From Camelus ferus (lineage: Eukaryota): 64,000 bases of DNA. The stretch covers positions 14,882,001 through 14,946,000 of the forward strand of contig NC_045696.1 of assembly GCF_009834535.1 (NCBI RefSeq), written 5' to 3'. Position numbers and translations under genes: made by a program. The notes below the pieces were generated by a model. It was given only the letters and a program-made list of their open reading frames with translations, did no database searches and was not told the DNA's origin. This document shows positions 1 to 12,230 of the stretch, in pieces. How positions within the stretch are numbered: the stretch's first letter is position 1; each line of letters begins with the position of its first letter.

Positions 1-1060
1 TATCAGTTTTGGCAATAATTTTTTGTGTATGTCTCCTCAAGCAAGGGAAACAAAAGCAAAATTAAACAAACGGGACTACATCAAACTAAAATACTTTTTT
101 TACTGTGAAGGAAACTATCAATAAAATGAAAAGATTACCTACAGAATGGGAGCAGACACTTGCAAACAATATATCTGATAAGGGGTTAATATTCAAACTA
201 CACAAAGAACTCACACAACTCAACATCAAAAACCAAACAACCTGATTAAAAGATGGACAGAGGTCCTGAATAGATGTTTTTCCAAAGAAGACGTACAGAT
301 GGCCAACAGGCACCTGAAAAAAATGCTCAACATCACTAATCATTAGGGAAACGCAAATCAAAACCACAATGAGATATCACCTCTCACCTGTCAGAATGGC
401 TGTTCTCAAAAAGACAACAAATAACAAGTGCTGGGTAAGATGTAGAGTAAAGGGAACCCTCCTGCACTGTTGGTGAGAATATAAATTGGTGCAGCCACTA
501 TGCAGAACAATATGGAGGTTCCTTAAAAAATTAAAAATAAAACTACCATACAATCCAGCATTTCCACTCCTGGGTGTTTATCTGAAGGAAACAAAAACAT
601 TAATTTGAGAAGATACATTCACCCCAATGTTCACTGTAGCATTATTTACAACAGCCAAGATATGGAAACAACCTAAGTGCCCACCAATAGATGAATGAAT
701 AAAGATAGACACACATACATACATACAATGGAGTATTACTCAGCCATAAAAAAGAATGAAATCTTGCTAATTGCAACAATATGGATGGATCTAGAGTGTA
801 TTGTCCTAAGTGAAAAAAGTCAGAGAAAGACAAATACTGCATGATTTCACTTATATGTGGAATCTAGAAAACAAAACAAATTAATAGACATAATAAAACA
901 GCAAGAGTTATAAAGGGCAGAAACAGATGGTTGCCAGTGTGGAGGGGGTCGGGGGAAGAGATAAGTAGGTGAGGGAGATGAAGAGGTACAATCTTTCAGT
1001 TACAAAATAAATAAATCAAGGGTCTGGAATACACAGTGTAGGGAATATAGTCAATAAAGA
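1..1060 (+). mobile_element. LINE-1 3' portion (ORF2 C-terminus and 3' UTR, L1MA-type), degraded
   Basis: Recognisable L1 ORF2 Cys-rich end (tgcactgttggtgagaatataaattggtgcagccact, ELPYDPAIPLLG-like) and 3' UTR; no intact ORF. Confidence 0.95.
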
Positions 1061-1445
1061 AAATGACAGTCATTAACAGATAGATGATACTCAAGAAATC
1101 AGAAAAGTCTAAATAAAGTAGGAAAAAGTTTAGAGCAGAGAAAACAGCACATGACCTAGCCCCATGAAGCTCTAATTCAGAGATTAAGTAGATGGTATGA
1201 AGCCAGCAGGGCAGTCTAGAAGGGAGCAATCTGCTCTTCTGTCTAGCTGGGGTCTGGAGAGGAACAGCAGGCCTGGCATGTCTGGGGACAGCTCTGCATT
1301 TGACTCTCCCCAGCAGAGCTGCCTGTTCTTCATGCATATTCACTGAGAGCCTAGCGTTTTCCTGGAATACAATTGGGAAGGATTCTCTCCTATGCAATCA
1401 TTTTCCTGTGCCTATTTGGGGTTACACTTGCCTTTACTAACTTAC

Positions 1446-1670
1446 TCCTCCAATCCAATACCAATGCTACATTCCAGAAACGCTTCCAAGTTAATGAAAC
1501 ACATCAATAACATACTTCCTTGCTTTCCAGAATCATGGTTTGGATTTACACATTTTAAAACAAAATTTCCTTCATTTCCACCGGATATTGAGAGGGAAGG
1601 AGGTAAATGTCTTTCCTCAATCTGCCACCTTCCACTAGAAGTCTGAATGTTATTTCTCTAAAATAATTTC
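1446..1670 (-). pseudogene. Pseudo-exon
   Basis: atctttcag acceptor and GA|gtaagt donor; SSGRWQI...VLKCVNP...EAFLECSIGIG. Confidence 0.45.
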
Positions 1671-2046
1671 CTGAAAGATTTATATATGAAAAAAAAACTC
1701 CCGCTGTGTACACTCAGTAATAATTTTCCCCTGCAAACTGAGATTGGGGGTAATTGAGTGAAATTAACACTTAACTAATGTGTTTTCTTTCTAATTTATT
1801 AAATATTTTAAAGCTTTTGGGGCAAGACCAGCTCATTTATAATTTTCCAGAACACTTTTATTATAATCAACCTGCTTAATGTAACACTCTGTTATTCTTA
1901 GTTTTACTTAGAAATAGCATTTTGACTTTGTACCAAAATAGAAATAAATGATATTTAAAATTCTTATCTCTTTGGAAAAAGAATGCCTATATGTATCTAT
2001 CCTCTAGCTGACTGAGTAGTTTGTTTTTAAAATTTGGATAGAATAC

Positions 2047-2305
2047 ATCTCCTTTAACTAAGTTTTCTTTTAAAACTTTAGGAAAATGATCTTCAATATA
2101 GCCACAGCAGAAATCAGAATACTTGCTTCAAATGATGCTATTGTTATAATTAGCTATAATTCTCTGGGTAAATTTGACCTCTCTGTCAAAAGGAGTTCAT
2201 TTATAAAATCTTTTCATAGGATTGTTGCTTGTCCCAGTGTCATAAAGAAGGAAAGATACCACAGCAACCAGCATATAATAGTTACTTAATCCATGTTTGC
2301 TGATG
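2047..2305 (-). pseudogene. Pseudo-exon (259 bp)
   Basis: tttaaaag acceptor and GAT|gtattc donor; SANMD*VTIICWLLWYLSFFMTLGQATIL*KDFINELLLTE...LIITIAS[fs]SKYSDFCCGYI. Confidence 0.5.
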
Positions 2306-2874
2306 CTTTTAAATAAAATTAACTTCACAAAAATATTCATGGATTTCTAATGGGAATGTTTTATTTTATTAGGCATTTTTCACACCCTGTGGAAAAACCA
2401 TTTAAGAATCTGATATGAAATCAGTGTACATGGTCCACCTTCATTTTAAAAGCATAGATTCTGTTCATTCCATTTCTTCATTTCTTTTCTGGCATTCCCT
2501 AAAACCAGATGATATTACACTGTGAAAAATGAATTGGTTACTGAGCTTTTCCAGCTGTGAAAAAGAAAAAAAAATCCCAAACTTTTCAGGCACTGTGTAT
2601 AAGGAAAACATTTTTCATGGCAGGTAAATATATACCAGGGCTCTTAACTACCTCCAGGTGAGTGGTCTTATTTCAAATTGTTCTTAAAATGATTGTGACA
2701 CTAATGAGAGTTCAGCTAGTCAAGTGCGGATATCTTTTCACGTCATGGCTGGTTCTATTTTGATCCTTATTCTTAATGTAAAACAGGACATTTTTCTCTA
2801 TGATAATAACTGATGGTATCTAGTATGAACCTGGCACAATCGCCCGTAATCTGAATAGAAATAAGCTAATTTTT

Positions 2875-2965
2875 AATACTATTGTGTCATCGGCAAGTTC
2901 CTTCACTTCCCTACACCTCAGTTTCATCTTCTCTAAATGTGAAGAATTACAAGCCCGCCTCATTG
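2875..2965 (+). mobile_element. MIR SINE fragment
   Basis: ggcaagttccttcacttccctacacctcagtttcatc matches the MIR core. Confidence 0.65.
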
Positions 2966-3026
2966 TGTGTGTGTGTTTGTGTGTGCTAAAGAATTTAACC
3001 TAATGACAATCAGAGGGTAAGCTTAC

Positions 3027-3391
3027 TGCTTATGCTTTAGCTGTTTTTATTCTTGCTCTATAAGAAAGCATCCTGATTCAAAATCAAACTGCTTAACTCT
3101 CCACGGAAACCATTTTTGCTTTGAACAGAATTCCACACGCCATTTTTCAGATGTTTTGTTTGTAAGCTTTTGGTGGGCAAATAAGTTTTTGTCTATCAAA
3201 AAAAATAAGCTGTAAGGTTTTGATGAATCTGCAGCATCCTGTTGTCTTGAAATAACCAAAGATAAATAGTCGCCTACAGGGTGAAGAAATTGATATGCCT
3301 TCTGTGTTTTATGTCTGGCTTCTAAGATACAGTGTCTTCCTTTTTTGGACTTTACTCCTTCTGTTCCAAAGACATATCCTTCAAGATCCTC
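3027..3391 (-). pseudogene. Pseudo-exon (365 bp)
   Basis: ccctttgcag acceptor and CA|gtaagc donor; open frame EDLEGYVFGTEGVK...YQFLHPVGDYLSLVISRQQDAADSSKPYSLFFLIDKNLFAH...WFPWR to a TAA at 3047. Confidence 0.65.
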
Positions 3392-3482
3392 CTGCAAAGG
3401 GTACATGAAATGAATTTTTGGACTCATTTATGTCTGAAATATCTTTCTTTTACTTTCATGCTGGATTAATAGTTTGCATGAT

Positions 3483-4470
3483 GTGTTAGTTCCCTACTGC
3501 TATTGTAACAAGTTATCACAAATGTAGTGGCCAAAACAACCATATGTGCGTTGACTTAGGGACTACTGCTTTGGAAAAGCATCCTCTTCGATTATTTTTC
3601 AGAAAGTTGCTTGCACCAGGACCTCTTCCTGTGGCTTCCATTGAGATGGATAAACCTGCGAGCCTTATTCAAGTTTAAGTTTATGTAGATGTTACATATA
3701 TTCCAGAATGGGACCTTGAGCCCTGGAATGATACTCATGAATTTAATCTGCTGCCTGTGTGGTCCAACATGCAACTTGATGACTTCTTTTCTATGAAGGA
3801 TAAGGGACTCTTGTGGGAAACCAGTCCACTTCACTCTTCTCATAAACCAATTCTATTGAACCGCTGAGTTATTTGCTTAAAGTTTACTGTGATCCACCTA
3901 ATAAAATTTGCCATGTTGCATTAAATTATTCGTTTCTGTTTCCTTCTCTCCTATTTCTCTATCCCAGGGCAAGTGGAAGGGTGAAGGAGACAGAAAGTGG
4001 CTGGGAGATAAGGGCAGGATTATGGAGAAGAAATCATAAACTTAGTGGCTTAAAACAAAACAAATTAATTTTCATACAGTTCTGGAGATCAGATGTCTAA
4101 AATAGTTCAGCAGAACTGCATTCCTGCTAAAGGTTTTAAAGGAAAATCTGTATTCTTGCCTTTTCTAGCTTCTAGAGCCTTCTACGTTTCTTGACTTATG
4201 ACTCTATCTTACATATTCAAAGAGAGCAGCAAACAGGTTTTAATCTTTCTCAACTTCCATCATCACACTGTCTTTCTTACGCTTACCTTTCTGTCTCCCT
4301 CTTATTAGGACTCTCGAGAGTGTATAGGACTTATTCAGATAACCCAGAATTTTCCCACCTCAAGATTCTTAGCCCAACATCCCCAAAGTCCCCTTTGCCA
4401 TGCAAGGTAGCATATACACAGATTCCAGGGATTAGGGTGTGAGTATCTTGAAGGGTCATTATTCTGTCTA
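3483..4470 (-). mobile_element. MLT1 (MaLR) LTR, interrupted by ~490 bp of unassigned sequence at ~3545-4030
   Basis: tgtgttagttccctactgctattgtaacaa start; cttagtggcttaaaacaa...acagttctggag...ttgccttttctagcttctagag MLT1 motifs. Confidence 0.85.
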
Positions 4471-5770
4471 CCTGAGACCCTGGAAGATTCATGCCCATCC
4501 TACATGTCATACACATTCATTCCATCTCAAGATCTCCCAGTCTCAAGCTCATCCCATATTCTGAATCTCGTCTAAATTCCATCATCACAAAGACACAAAT
4601 TTCATTACCTAAATCATCTAAATTAGGTATGGGTGAAGTTCTCTACATAATCCATCAGAGGGCAAAATTCCTCTTCATCTGTGGATATTCTCTATCCTAT
4701 CTGCTCCCAAAATGCAATGGTGAGATCAGGAAGAGTAATAGTTATCAACATGCCAACTCAAAAATGAAGAAAATGGAAAGAAAGGAGAAGAAGAAAAAAA
4801 AAAAAAAAAAAGGCCACTAGTCCTAAGAAATTTCCAAATCCAACCAGGCAAGCAACCTTAGATTCCAAGTCCTGGGAATAATCCTCTGGTTCTGGAGGAT
4901 TAGTCCTGAGCTAGAAGCTCTACCCTCTGACTCAAGCCTCCACATTTGGAGTCTCTTTCCTTTTTCATGAAGGGTAGTATGTGTTTGCAGCTGGGGAGTT
5001 TTATCAGCTTGTTTGCTACCAGTAGAATTTTGGGAGTCACAGTCTTTCTTCATTTTATTCTCTCCGTTTCTTTCAGTCCAAGCTGGCAGCGTGACGGTTG
5101 GAGCAATAGTCTCAAGAACCTTGTAAATCTCTCTTGTATGTTTCAGGGATTCACTCCATGAGACAAAAGGTTCATCCACACATCTTGCTTGGATAATCCC
5201 ATCTCTATTCTTGGCTTTTCCTTAGGTGGCTAAGAGGATCTATGAGTCACTTGTCTAATCTCTCAAAGAGCCACATGTGTAATTGAATACCCTGTGCTTT
5301 TGATCCTTCCAAAGCCCCAACAAAAGGTTGTCCAGTCACACCCTTGGCTTTCTCTTTAGAGAAGGCTTTCTTGACAGTGAATCTCCTAATTTTAGGACAG
5401 GCAATCTGGATAGGCTGAGAATTTCCCACATATCAAGTTCTATTTCCTTTTTCTTTAATAGCGTTTTCCCTCAATCTCTTTCCTCTCACATTTTACTAGA
5501 AACAGTAGGAAGGAACTAGGCTCCACTTTCAACAAATTGTTTAGAGATCTCCTCACTTAGATATTCAAGTTTGTTGCTTACAAATCCTACTTGCCACAAA
5601 ACTGCAGGATATAACTCCACTAAGCTTTCTGCCACTGTATAATGAGGAACCCTCTTCCTCCAGTTTCCAGTAACATTTTCCCCATTTCTGTCTGAGCTCT
5701 CACCAACAATGCCTTCAATGTTCATATTTCTACTAACATTTCGTTTATAATGATTCAGATATTCTCTAAG
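4471..5770 (-). mobile_element. MLT1 internal (MaLR-int) sequence
   Basis: Adjoins the MLT1 LTR; ORF 5516-5878 reads GNWRK...VAESLVELYPAVLW...LEYLSEEISKQ, the typical MaLR internal ORF remnant. Confidence 0.85.
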
Positions 5771-5774
5771 ATGG

Positions 5775-6950
5775 GTGAACATAGATTGGATAAGAAATAT
5801 TTTTCTCAGAAAGGTATAATTAGTGTTCCTTGTGAGAATGGCCATATCTTTCTGACTCTGGTTTTTTTTTTTCCCCATACGATCTGCTTTCTATTTGGAG
5901 GCTGTTACCATGGGTTTTTTTTTTTTTTTTTTTTTTTTTGTTGCTGTTTTTTTGGTTTTTTTAATATCATGTTAGGCCCCTTTGAACTAAAAATCCATGT
6001 TCCTAAGTTATGGAAAATTTTCTTACATATTATGTTTGAAATATCCTTTTCTTCTGAAACTCTTTTATTTCTGAGATGTACTATTCAGTTATTGAGCTTC
6101 CTGGGTTAATCCTGTAATTTTAAAATCTTTCTGTCTTTATTTGTGCATTTTTGTTCTATATTGTTTTCTTCCATTTTTTTTTCAGATTTTAAAAACTTTT
6201 ACTTATCACTGCTTTTTAACTTAAAAAATCACATTCTGCTGTTTCCTTCAGACACATAATCTTCTATTTTTCTCTCAGGTCATTATTTATATATTTTTTA
6301 GAACTTTAATTTTTTCCTACAGTCTGTATTTTCTGTGATTTCCTTTAAGCTACTTCTTTGGTTTGTTTTGATACCTTTTACTTGGAAGTTTTCCAAACAT
6401 ACCTGGTGATCTTTATCTGCCCTTTCATAATTTAAAATATGTCACTAAAAATACTCTCTGGACACTCTGTGTATATAAGTAGAACTTGTTGATCAGTGAT
6501 TTTTACTGTTGCAATTAGGGAAGTCCAGTGATTGCATCATGGCACCTCCAAAATATCAACAACAGTTTTCTTGTTCTTTGAGGCCTTTTTTTGAATCCCC
6601 CAAAGGAGAATGCTCTAATCTGCTGGTAACAGGCAAAGGAGAGGATAGTGAACTTTTATTGTAATGTTTGTTTTGTTCTTTATGACATCACATTACCTAA
6701 ATTACAATCTGCAACATGCTCCCTGTTCCTGAGATGAGAGCTTCAAAAGTCCAGTCTCCTCAGAAAGTAAATTTTCCATCTTTTTTTCCATGGGGATGGG
6801 ATTAGTTATTTGACTGCAAAAGGTTGGAAAGAAATTGGGGACTCAGATTCCTGACATACATATTTTGACTCTAGACCTGATTTCAGTCCTGTATCATCCC
6901 CTTATGTTCAGAGGCATCTGGTATCTCCAACAGCTGATATTTCCCAGAGT
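5775..6950 (-). mobile_element. Old L1 (L1M/L1ME) ORF1-region fragment
   Basis: T-rich antisense L1-like composition and motifs; strongly diverged. Confidence 0.55.
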
Positions 6951-7169
6951 CAGTTACAGTTACTAGTGAATGCAATATGTTAGATTTTATGAGGTTTATC
7001 TTTCAATGGAAAAAAAATGAAATAGAATTCATTATTTTCCACTTAGAAATGGATAACCTTTTTTTCCAATGCCACTAACTAAATTTTACATGATGGCTCT
7101 ATGACCACTAATTTTGAGAGTTTCTTTTTTTTTTAATTTTATTTTTTATTGGAATTACTGGAATATAGA

Positions 7170-7395
7170 TTGCTTCCAAAAGCTAAAAAAATTAAATAGT
7201 CTTCCTGGATCAGCAGACTCAATATGGTTAACATGGTAATACTCCCTAAATTTTATCTGTGAATCCCACAGAATTCAAATCAAAATCCGAGCCATCTTTA
7301 TTTACATTGACAAGCTAGTTCTAAAATTTATATGGAAAATAAAGAACTTAAAGAATCTAGACAAGTTTAAATGAAAACAAAGCTGGAGGACCTGA
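7170..7395 (+). mobile_element. L1 ORF2 fragment
   Basis: agactcaatat...tcaaaatcc...ttgacaagctagttctaaaatttatatggaaa...aacaaagctggagga. Confidence 0.85.
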
Positions 7396-7720
7396 TAGTA
7401 AGTTTCAGCTTCCCCCAGCAATTTGGAAGTTGATTTCTAGTGAGTACGGCCAGTGTGTTACCAAACGTCTTTACTACCCTCTGAGTTGTAACTATACTGT
7501 CTCTAATGAGGTTGGGCTCTCAGCCTTAGGAGAGGGTAAACTCTTCCTTGGGGGTCAGTCCTGGGTGATCCTGCTCCCTATGTCTATTGCTATACTCTTT
7601 AGAGTTCTATTTGTCCATTACAAGTCAGTCCCCCATTACTCCAATTCTTGTGTTAACAATTTTTGCATTAAAATTATCTTGTTCAAGTTATTGTGTGTTT
7701 TCTAATGAATATACTGACAA
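7396..7720 (+). mobile_element. ERVL-class LTR fragment (MER54/73/74-like)
   Basis: 3' end attaaaattatcttgttcaagttattgtgtg...actgaca resembles this LTR group; subfamily uncertain. Confidence 0.5.
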
Positions 7721-7729
7721 AAAAAAACT

Positions 7730-8090
7730 TGAAATAAACCAATATGATGGAATATTTATCAGCAATAAAACAAAACACACTTCTGACATACACAGTTATA
7801 TTGGTAAATACTAACACATTATTCTAAAAGAAGGAGTTAAAAAAAAAAAGACTGTCTACTGTAGGATTTAATTTACGTGATTCTGAAAAACGGAATTGGG
7901 CAGAAATCGTATTAATGGTTGTGAGGGGCAATCATTACAAATCCACATGAGGTTTGAGAATGAACTAAATATTTTATATCTTGTTTGTGGTAGTGGTTCC
8001 AGGACTGCATACATTTGTCAACTCACAGAACTATCTTAGACAAGGTGAATTCAATGTACATAAATTATATCTCAATCAACCTGAGCAGAA
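7730..8090 (+). mobile_element. L1MB/L1MC 3' UTR fragment
   Basis: atggaatatttatcagcaataaaa...tacatttgtcaactcacagaact...aaattatatctcaat. Confidence 0.8.
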
Positions 8091-8559
8091 AATAACAAAA
8101 ATAATATACTTTTAGACTCTTAAAGTTAGACAAATACTGTTTATTATAGAATCAGAGGGCTTGCTGTAAATATATTTTGTTCTTTATAGATCTAATTTTG
8201 TAAGTCTTTTGTCACTTAAAACAATGTTCTTAACATTTCTATCCATTCTCCAGCGATTTTTCAAAGTTACGACTCATTTTAATTTGCTTCATAGTAGACT
8301 TATGTCCTCTTACAGTTTCTTTTGTCTGGAGTTGGTGATTTTCCTTCTTTTTTCTTAAATTATGCTATCATCATATCCTCAATATATTTAAGATTTTAGT
8401 CCTACCCTCCCAAGAAATACCCTTTCTCAAAGGCTTTGCTTTTCCAGCCTTTGTGTTCTGATCAAGTATGGACTTGTCCTTTTGGGCCCTTCCTTCCCTT
8501 CTCTATTTCACTGGATTCTTTATCTTCTGCATCTAATGTTTTCCTTTTTTTTTTGTTTA

Positions 8560-8990
8560 ATTTTTTTTCTATAAATTCACCATTGATTTCCAAAAAATGG
8601 ATGATTGCAAGCCAACATTTCTAAGACCTTAAAATAGCTTTTTTCCCCACTAAATGTCGATTAATAGGTATAAAGTTGTAGGCTGAAAGTAATTTCCCAC
8701 AGACATCTGAGGCTCCATTTTTCTTTAAATTTCAAGTATTACAGATGAGATGACTAATACCAAATTGAGTCTCATCCTTTTGTCAATAAACTGTTTTTTT
8801 CTCTCTTCAAAGTTTTTAGTTGATGTTTTAAAGTGATGTGTTCCTGTCAATCTATATATTATTTTTGTTCTTTTTTTCTAGAAGATTGATTAAGTCTTTC
8901 CACTTTAAAGACTTCTGTTTTCTGCTCATGAAAATCTCCTGTAATGAGTTCTTCAAATAATATTTTTTTCTCTTCTATTTCATGAAGGCT
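8560..8990 (-). mobile_element. Old L1ME-type fragment
   Basis: ggtataaagttgtaggctgaaagtaatttccc...agatgagatgactaatacc antisense L1 motifs. Confidence 0.55.
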
Positions 8991-9407
8991 CTTTGTGATT
9001 CCCCGGTTTTCTGGTATCATTGCTCCTTTCTAGGAATTATTCTTTTCCCACCACTATCCTGTATTTTGGTAAGAATTACTGTATTATAATATGACTCATC
9101 GTGCCCTGAGTGCAGTTGGTGTCTGAGGGAGATAGGTGAACCAAGAAGAGTCAATGTGTTTCTGGGAATTCCTAACATGGCACTAGAACAGAGTCTAAAG
9201 CTGTTTTTATTTTCAGGACCTGAATTTTAGGTTGCAAAATTCAGTGTTTACATTTGTCACTAAGCAGAGAAAGTCATGATGAGAAATGGGTTATACCTAT
9301 ACCAACACCTATTTCTGTATCTCCATCTTTGTCTAAATCTGTCTTCACTTATATCTATATCAGAATCAATACTTATTTGAAACACAGATCAATGTCTGTA
9401 TCTTTAG

Positions 9408-9611
9408 CAGTGGTTTTCAACTTGGGGCAACTTTGTCTGCAAGGGACACTTGGCTATCACACTGAAGGAGGTGCTACTGCCTTCCAGTGGGTAGAGGTCA
9501 GAGATTCTGCTCAACATCCTACATGGCAGAGGACAGCCTCCCTCTTCCCCCTCCTCCCCGAAGGAATTATCCAGCTCACAATGTCAATAGTGCCAGGTTT
9601 GAGAAACCGTG
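9408..9611. mobile_element. MER20 hAT-Charlie MITE
   Basis: TIRs cagtggttttcaa / ttgagaaaccgtg, internal gtgggtagaggtcagagattctgct, and imperfect 8-bp TSD atctttag/atctagag. Confidence 0.92.
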
Positions 9612-10114
9612 ATCTAGAGAGATCTTTAGAAAAATGAAATCCGCCTGGTTATTTCCCCCCAACTCACTTATTCTTGTTTTCTGAAAATCTCCCATTATCA
9701 TTAGAATGCATTTATTTCTCTTTTCTGCTTAAACTAATTTAAATGATATTTCAGTTTATTTCAACTGAAAACAACTGAACTAGCAGTGACATTTTCCTAT
9801 ACATTTCAGTGTGTATTGAACAGCGGCAGGTATCAATATATTTAAATGATACCTTTTCTTTGGTTGCCTTATGTGCTTGTATCTGAAACTACCAGTTTTT
9901 ACTGGAATTGAGAAAACAGAATTATAAAATATTTATCTCTAAAGGATCTGTAGTGTTACTTTAATATTTTGAGCATTCTGGTACTTTCCTTCAGTCATGA
10001 TGTAAACTTTGAGGTGAAAAGAATATTTTTTAAAAACTAAATGAATAATACACAAATGTAAAAATAAAGCTCAGTGTAAAATTTATAAATGTACAAGATT
10101 TCTTTGCTTTCAGA

Positions 10115-10306
10115 ACCCATGACTCTCAGTGTTTGCTAGGCTGGAGATATTGGTGCCTATTAGCAGCCAAAATGTGTTCTGAATCAGAAAATAATGTTTG
10201 ATTTGAAGCCAAGATTTTTCCCAAAGAAGGCATTTCTGAAATTTGTACTTCTCTAGTAAGTAACAAACTTTCCCTGAGGTTAGTGAATATAGGATACCCT
10301 CACTGT
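10115..10306 (-). pseudogene. Possible pseudo-exon
   Basis: Pyrimidine tract plus ttcag acceptor; open frame SEGILYSLTSGKVCYLLEKYKFQKCLLWEK; donor unclear. Confidence 0.4.
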
Positions 10307-10549
10307 CTGAATTGGAGGTTACAAGTACAAGAAAATATAAGTGTGAGGAATCGAAAAAGTTGTATGTTAATGAGTAATTCAAAATATTATTTCTCTCTGA
10401 ATGAAGGAAAACCAAATATGCAAATATTCTTGCACAGATTAGCAGTGCATGTGTATATCTTTTCTTTAAAATTTTCTACTAAAATTTTAGACCCTAATAT
10501 CTGCAAATGAACTATTTTTAAGTAAACACTTTAGTGACATTATATCAGC

Positions 10550-10930
10550 TAACATGTTGTGACTTTAGCTGGAAGAAACAGAACTCAATTTGGCTCTAAC
10601 AACCAGGAAAAATTATTGGCTCCAAAAATTAGATGCCCAGAGGTGGTTCTCTCTTCTGGGCTGGTTGATTTGGAAATTCAAAAATGTTATTGAGTTCCTT
10701 TTCCTTTCTCACTATTCTAGATTCCAGTGGAAGATTTATCCTAAGGCAAGCTTGCCACTGTACTCCCAAGATGACTGCCAATAACCTTGTGGGGAATGGT
10801 ATATGCTTCTTTGCACAAATACAGAGAGAAGAGAGAGAGACAGTTCTAGAAGCTATCTCAAAGAGCAAGATTTCTTCCTTCTCATTAGCTCCCTAAAAGA
10901 ACAATTTAGTTCATATGCTCACACACTGAC
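10550..10930 (-). mobile_element. Ancient ERVL/MaLR LTR (LTR33/MLT1J-K-like)
   Basis: aacagaactcaatttggctctaac...aattattggctc motif and ccaagatgactgcca. Confidence 0.55.
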
Positions 10931-10939
10931 TAGACTATG

Positions 10940-11105
10940 ACTGTGTTCTCAAACTTTTATGTAAATATGGATGTACATACCAATCACCTCTGGACACTTC
11001 AGAGTACAGATTCTTATTCAATAGATCTGGGTTGAGGTGGGATAATTTACATTTTTAACGGGTTCCTATGCAACATATAAGCTACTGGTCCTTAAGTCTT
11101 TCAAA
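10940..11105. mobile_element. MER5-type hAT MITE, degraded
   Basis: tgttctcaaactt...agattcttattcaatagatctggg...catttttaac. Confidence 0.65.
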
Positions 11106-11191
11106 TGATAAGTGCCCCTCACAGTTGCACTCTGTGAGAAATAACGGTGTTGTGATCAACTATTCTAGAATAAAAAATGACCATCACCTAC

Positions 11192-11390
11192 TTCAAAGAA
11201 AGAAGTCAGTATTTCATTCCTCTCTGTCTCTAGATTTGTTTTACTTCTCCAGTCTGAGGAAGAACTTTAAGAAATTGCCATTAGACCAAATACAGTTAAC
11301 CCAAAACATCTTTTGTAAGAGTTTTGAGAAAAGAGATCTTAAAAGACAGCCCCTACATTATTTCTTACTGTTATTTGCTTGAAAATCATA
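11192..11390 (-). pseudogene. Pseudo-exon (199 bp)
   Basis: tctttttctctag acceptor and GAA|gtaggt donor; MIFKQITVRNNVGAVF*DLF...ILTSFFE. Confidence 0.5.
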
Positions 11391-11700
11391 CTAGAGAAAA
11401 AGATATATCCTGAGAAAATAATGTCCAAGACTTCAGAATAAACTGGCAAAAATGTTGCTGTAAAATTTAATGTTTTGGATAAATCACCCCATTCTGGTAT
11501 AACACTGTAATGCTGACATTAGGAAACTATTTTAGAACCAAATGAAACCTATATCATAGCCTTTTTAGGAGTGCTTCATTTCGGTTGTGACCCAAAGAAG
11601 GAGATGAGAACATTCTAACACAGGATTCTTTAAGTTCCTTTTCAAGAACGTGCATTTGCTAACCCTACAACAAGTTCATCTCAGAGTTAAAAAGTACCAT

Positions 11701-12230
11701 TGAGATAGGAGAGAAGTGGGCAGAGCACAACCACTGAAGGAATGACACAGCTATTGAGGACAGGACACACTGATTAAAACCAATATAGTGGAAGATTCCA
11801 CTTCCAGTAGACCTTGAGCCTCATGATAGGCTCATGGTAGTAAATCAGCTAAATGACACACCCACTGGCGCCATGACAGCTTCTGGGCTGACCATAAAAG
11901 GCCAAATTGTGGGCAGAGCCCAATTCCTGGAAATACCAGCCCCTTTCCCAAAATAGTTAGAATAATCCTCCCACTCATCAGCACATTCAATTATCCAGCC
12001 CATAACAACAAACCACCCCCACACCTCCTGTACACTCTCCCTTCTGAGTGAGACGGATTGCGTTCTGTCCATGAAATGTGTATCTCCTAGAGCTGCCTCT
12101 CTTGCTTTTTGAGGTGGCCCGCACTCTTTCTATGGAGCATGCATCTCCCTGAATAAACTGACTTTCATTTTACTATGCCTGGCTTTTGAGTTCTTTCCTG
12201 TGCGAAACAAGAACATATTCTCTGGCAGCA
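11701..12230 (+). mobile_element. Solo ERV1 LTR, MER41-like
   Basis: TG...CA termini, 4-bp TSD ccat/caat, MER41-type aatgacacacccactggcgccatgacag core, AATAAA near the 3' end. Confidence 0.85.

Noticed and set aside
86..842. Minus-strand ORFs of 93 and 66 aa
   Set aside because: Antisense translations of L1 sequence.
10116..10255. Plus-strand coding exon (tttcag...gtaagt)
   Set aside because: Good splice signals, but the frames I read contain stops and I found no partner exons; it overlaps a minus-strand candidate.
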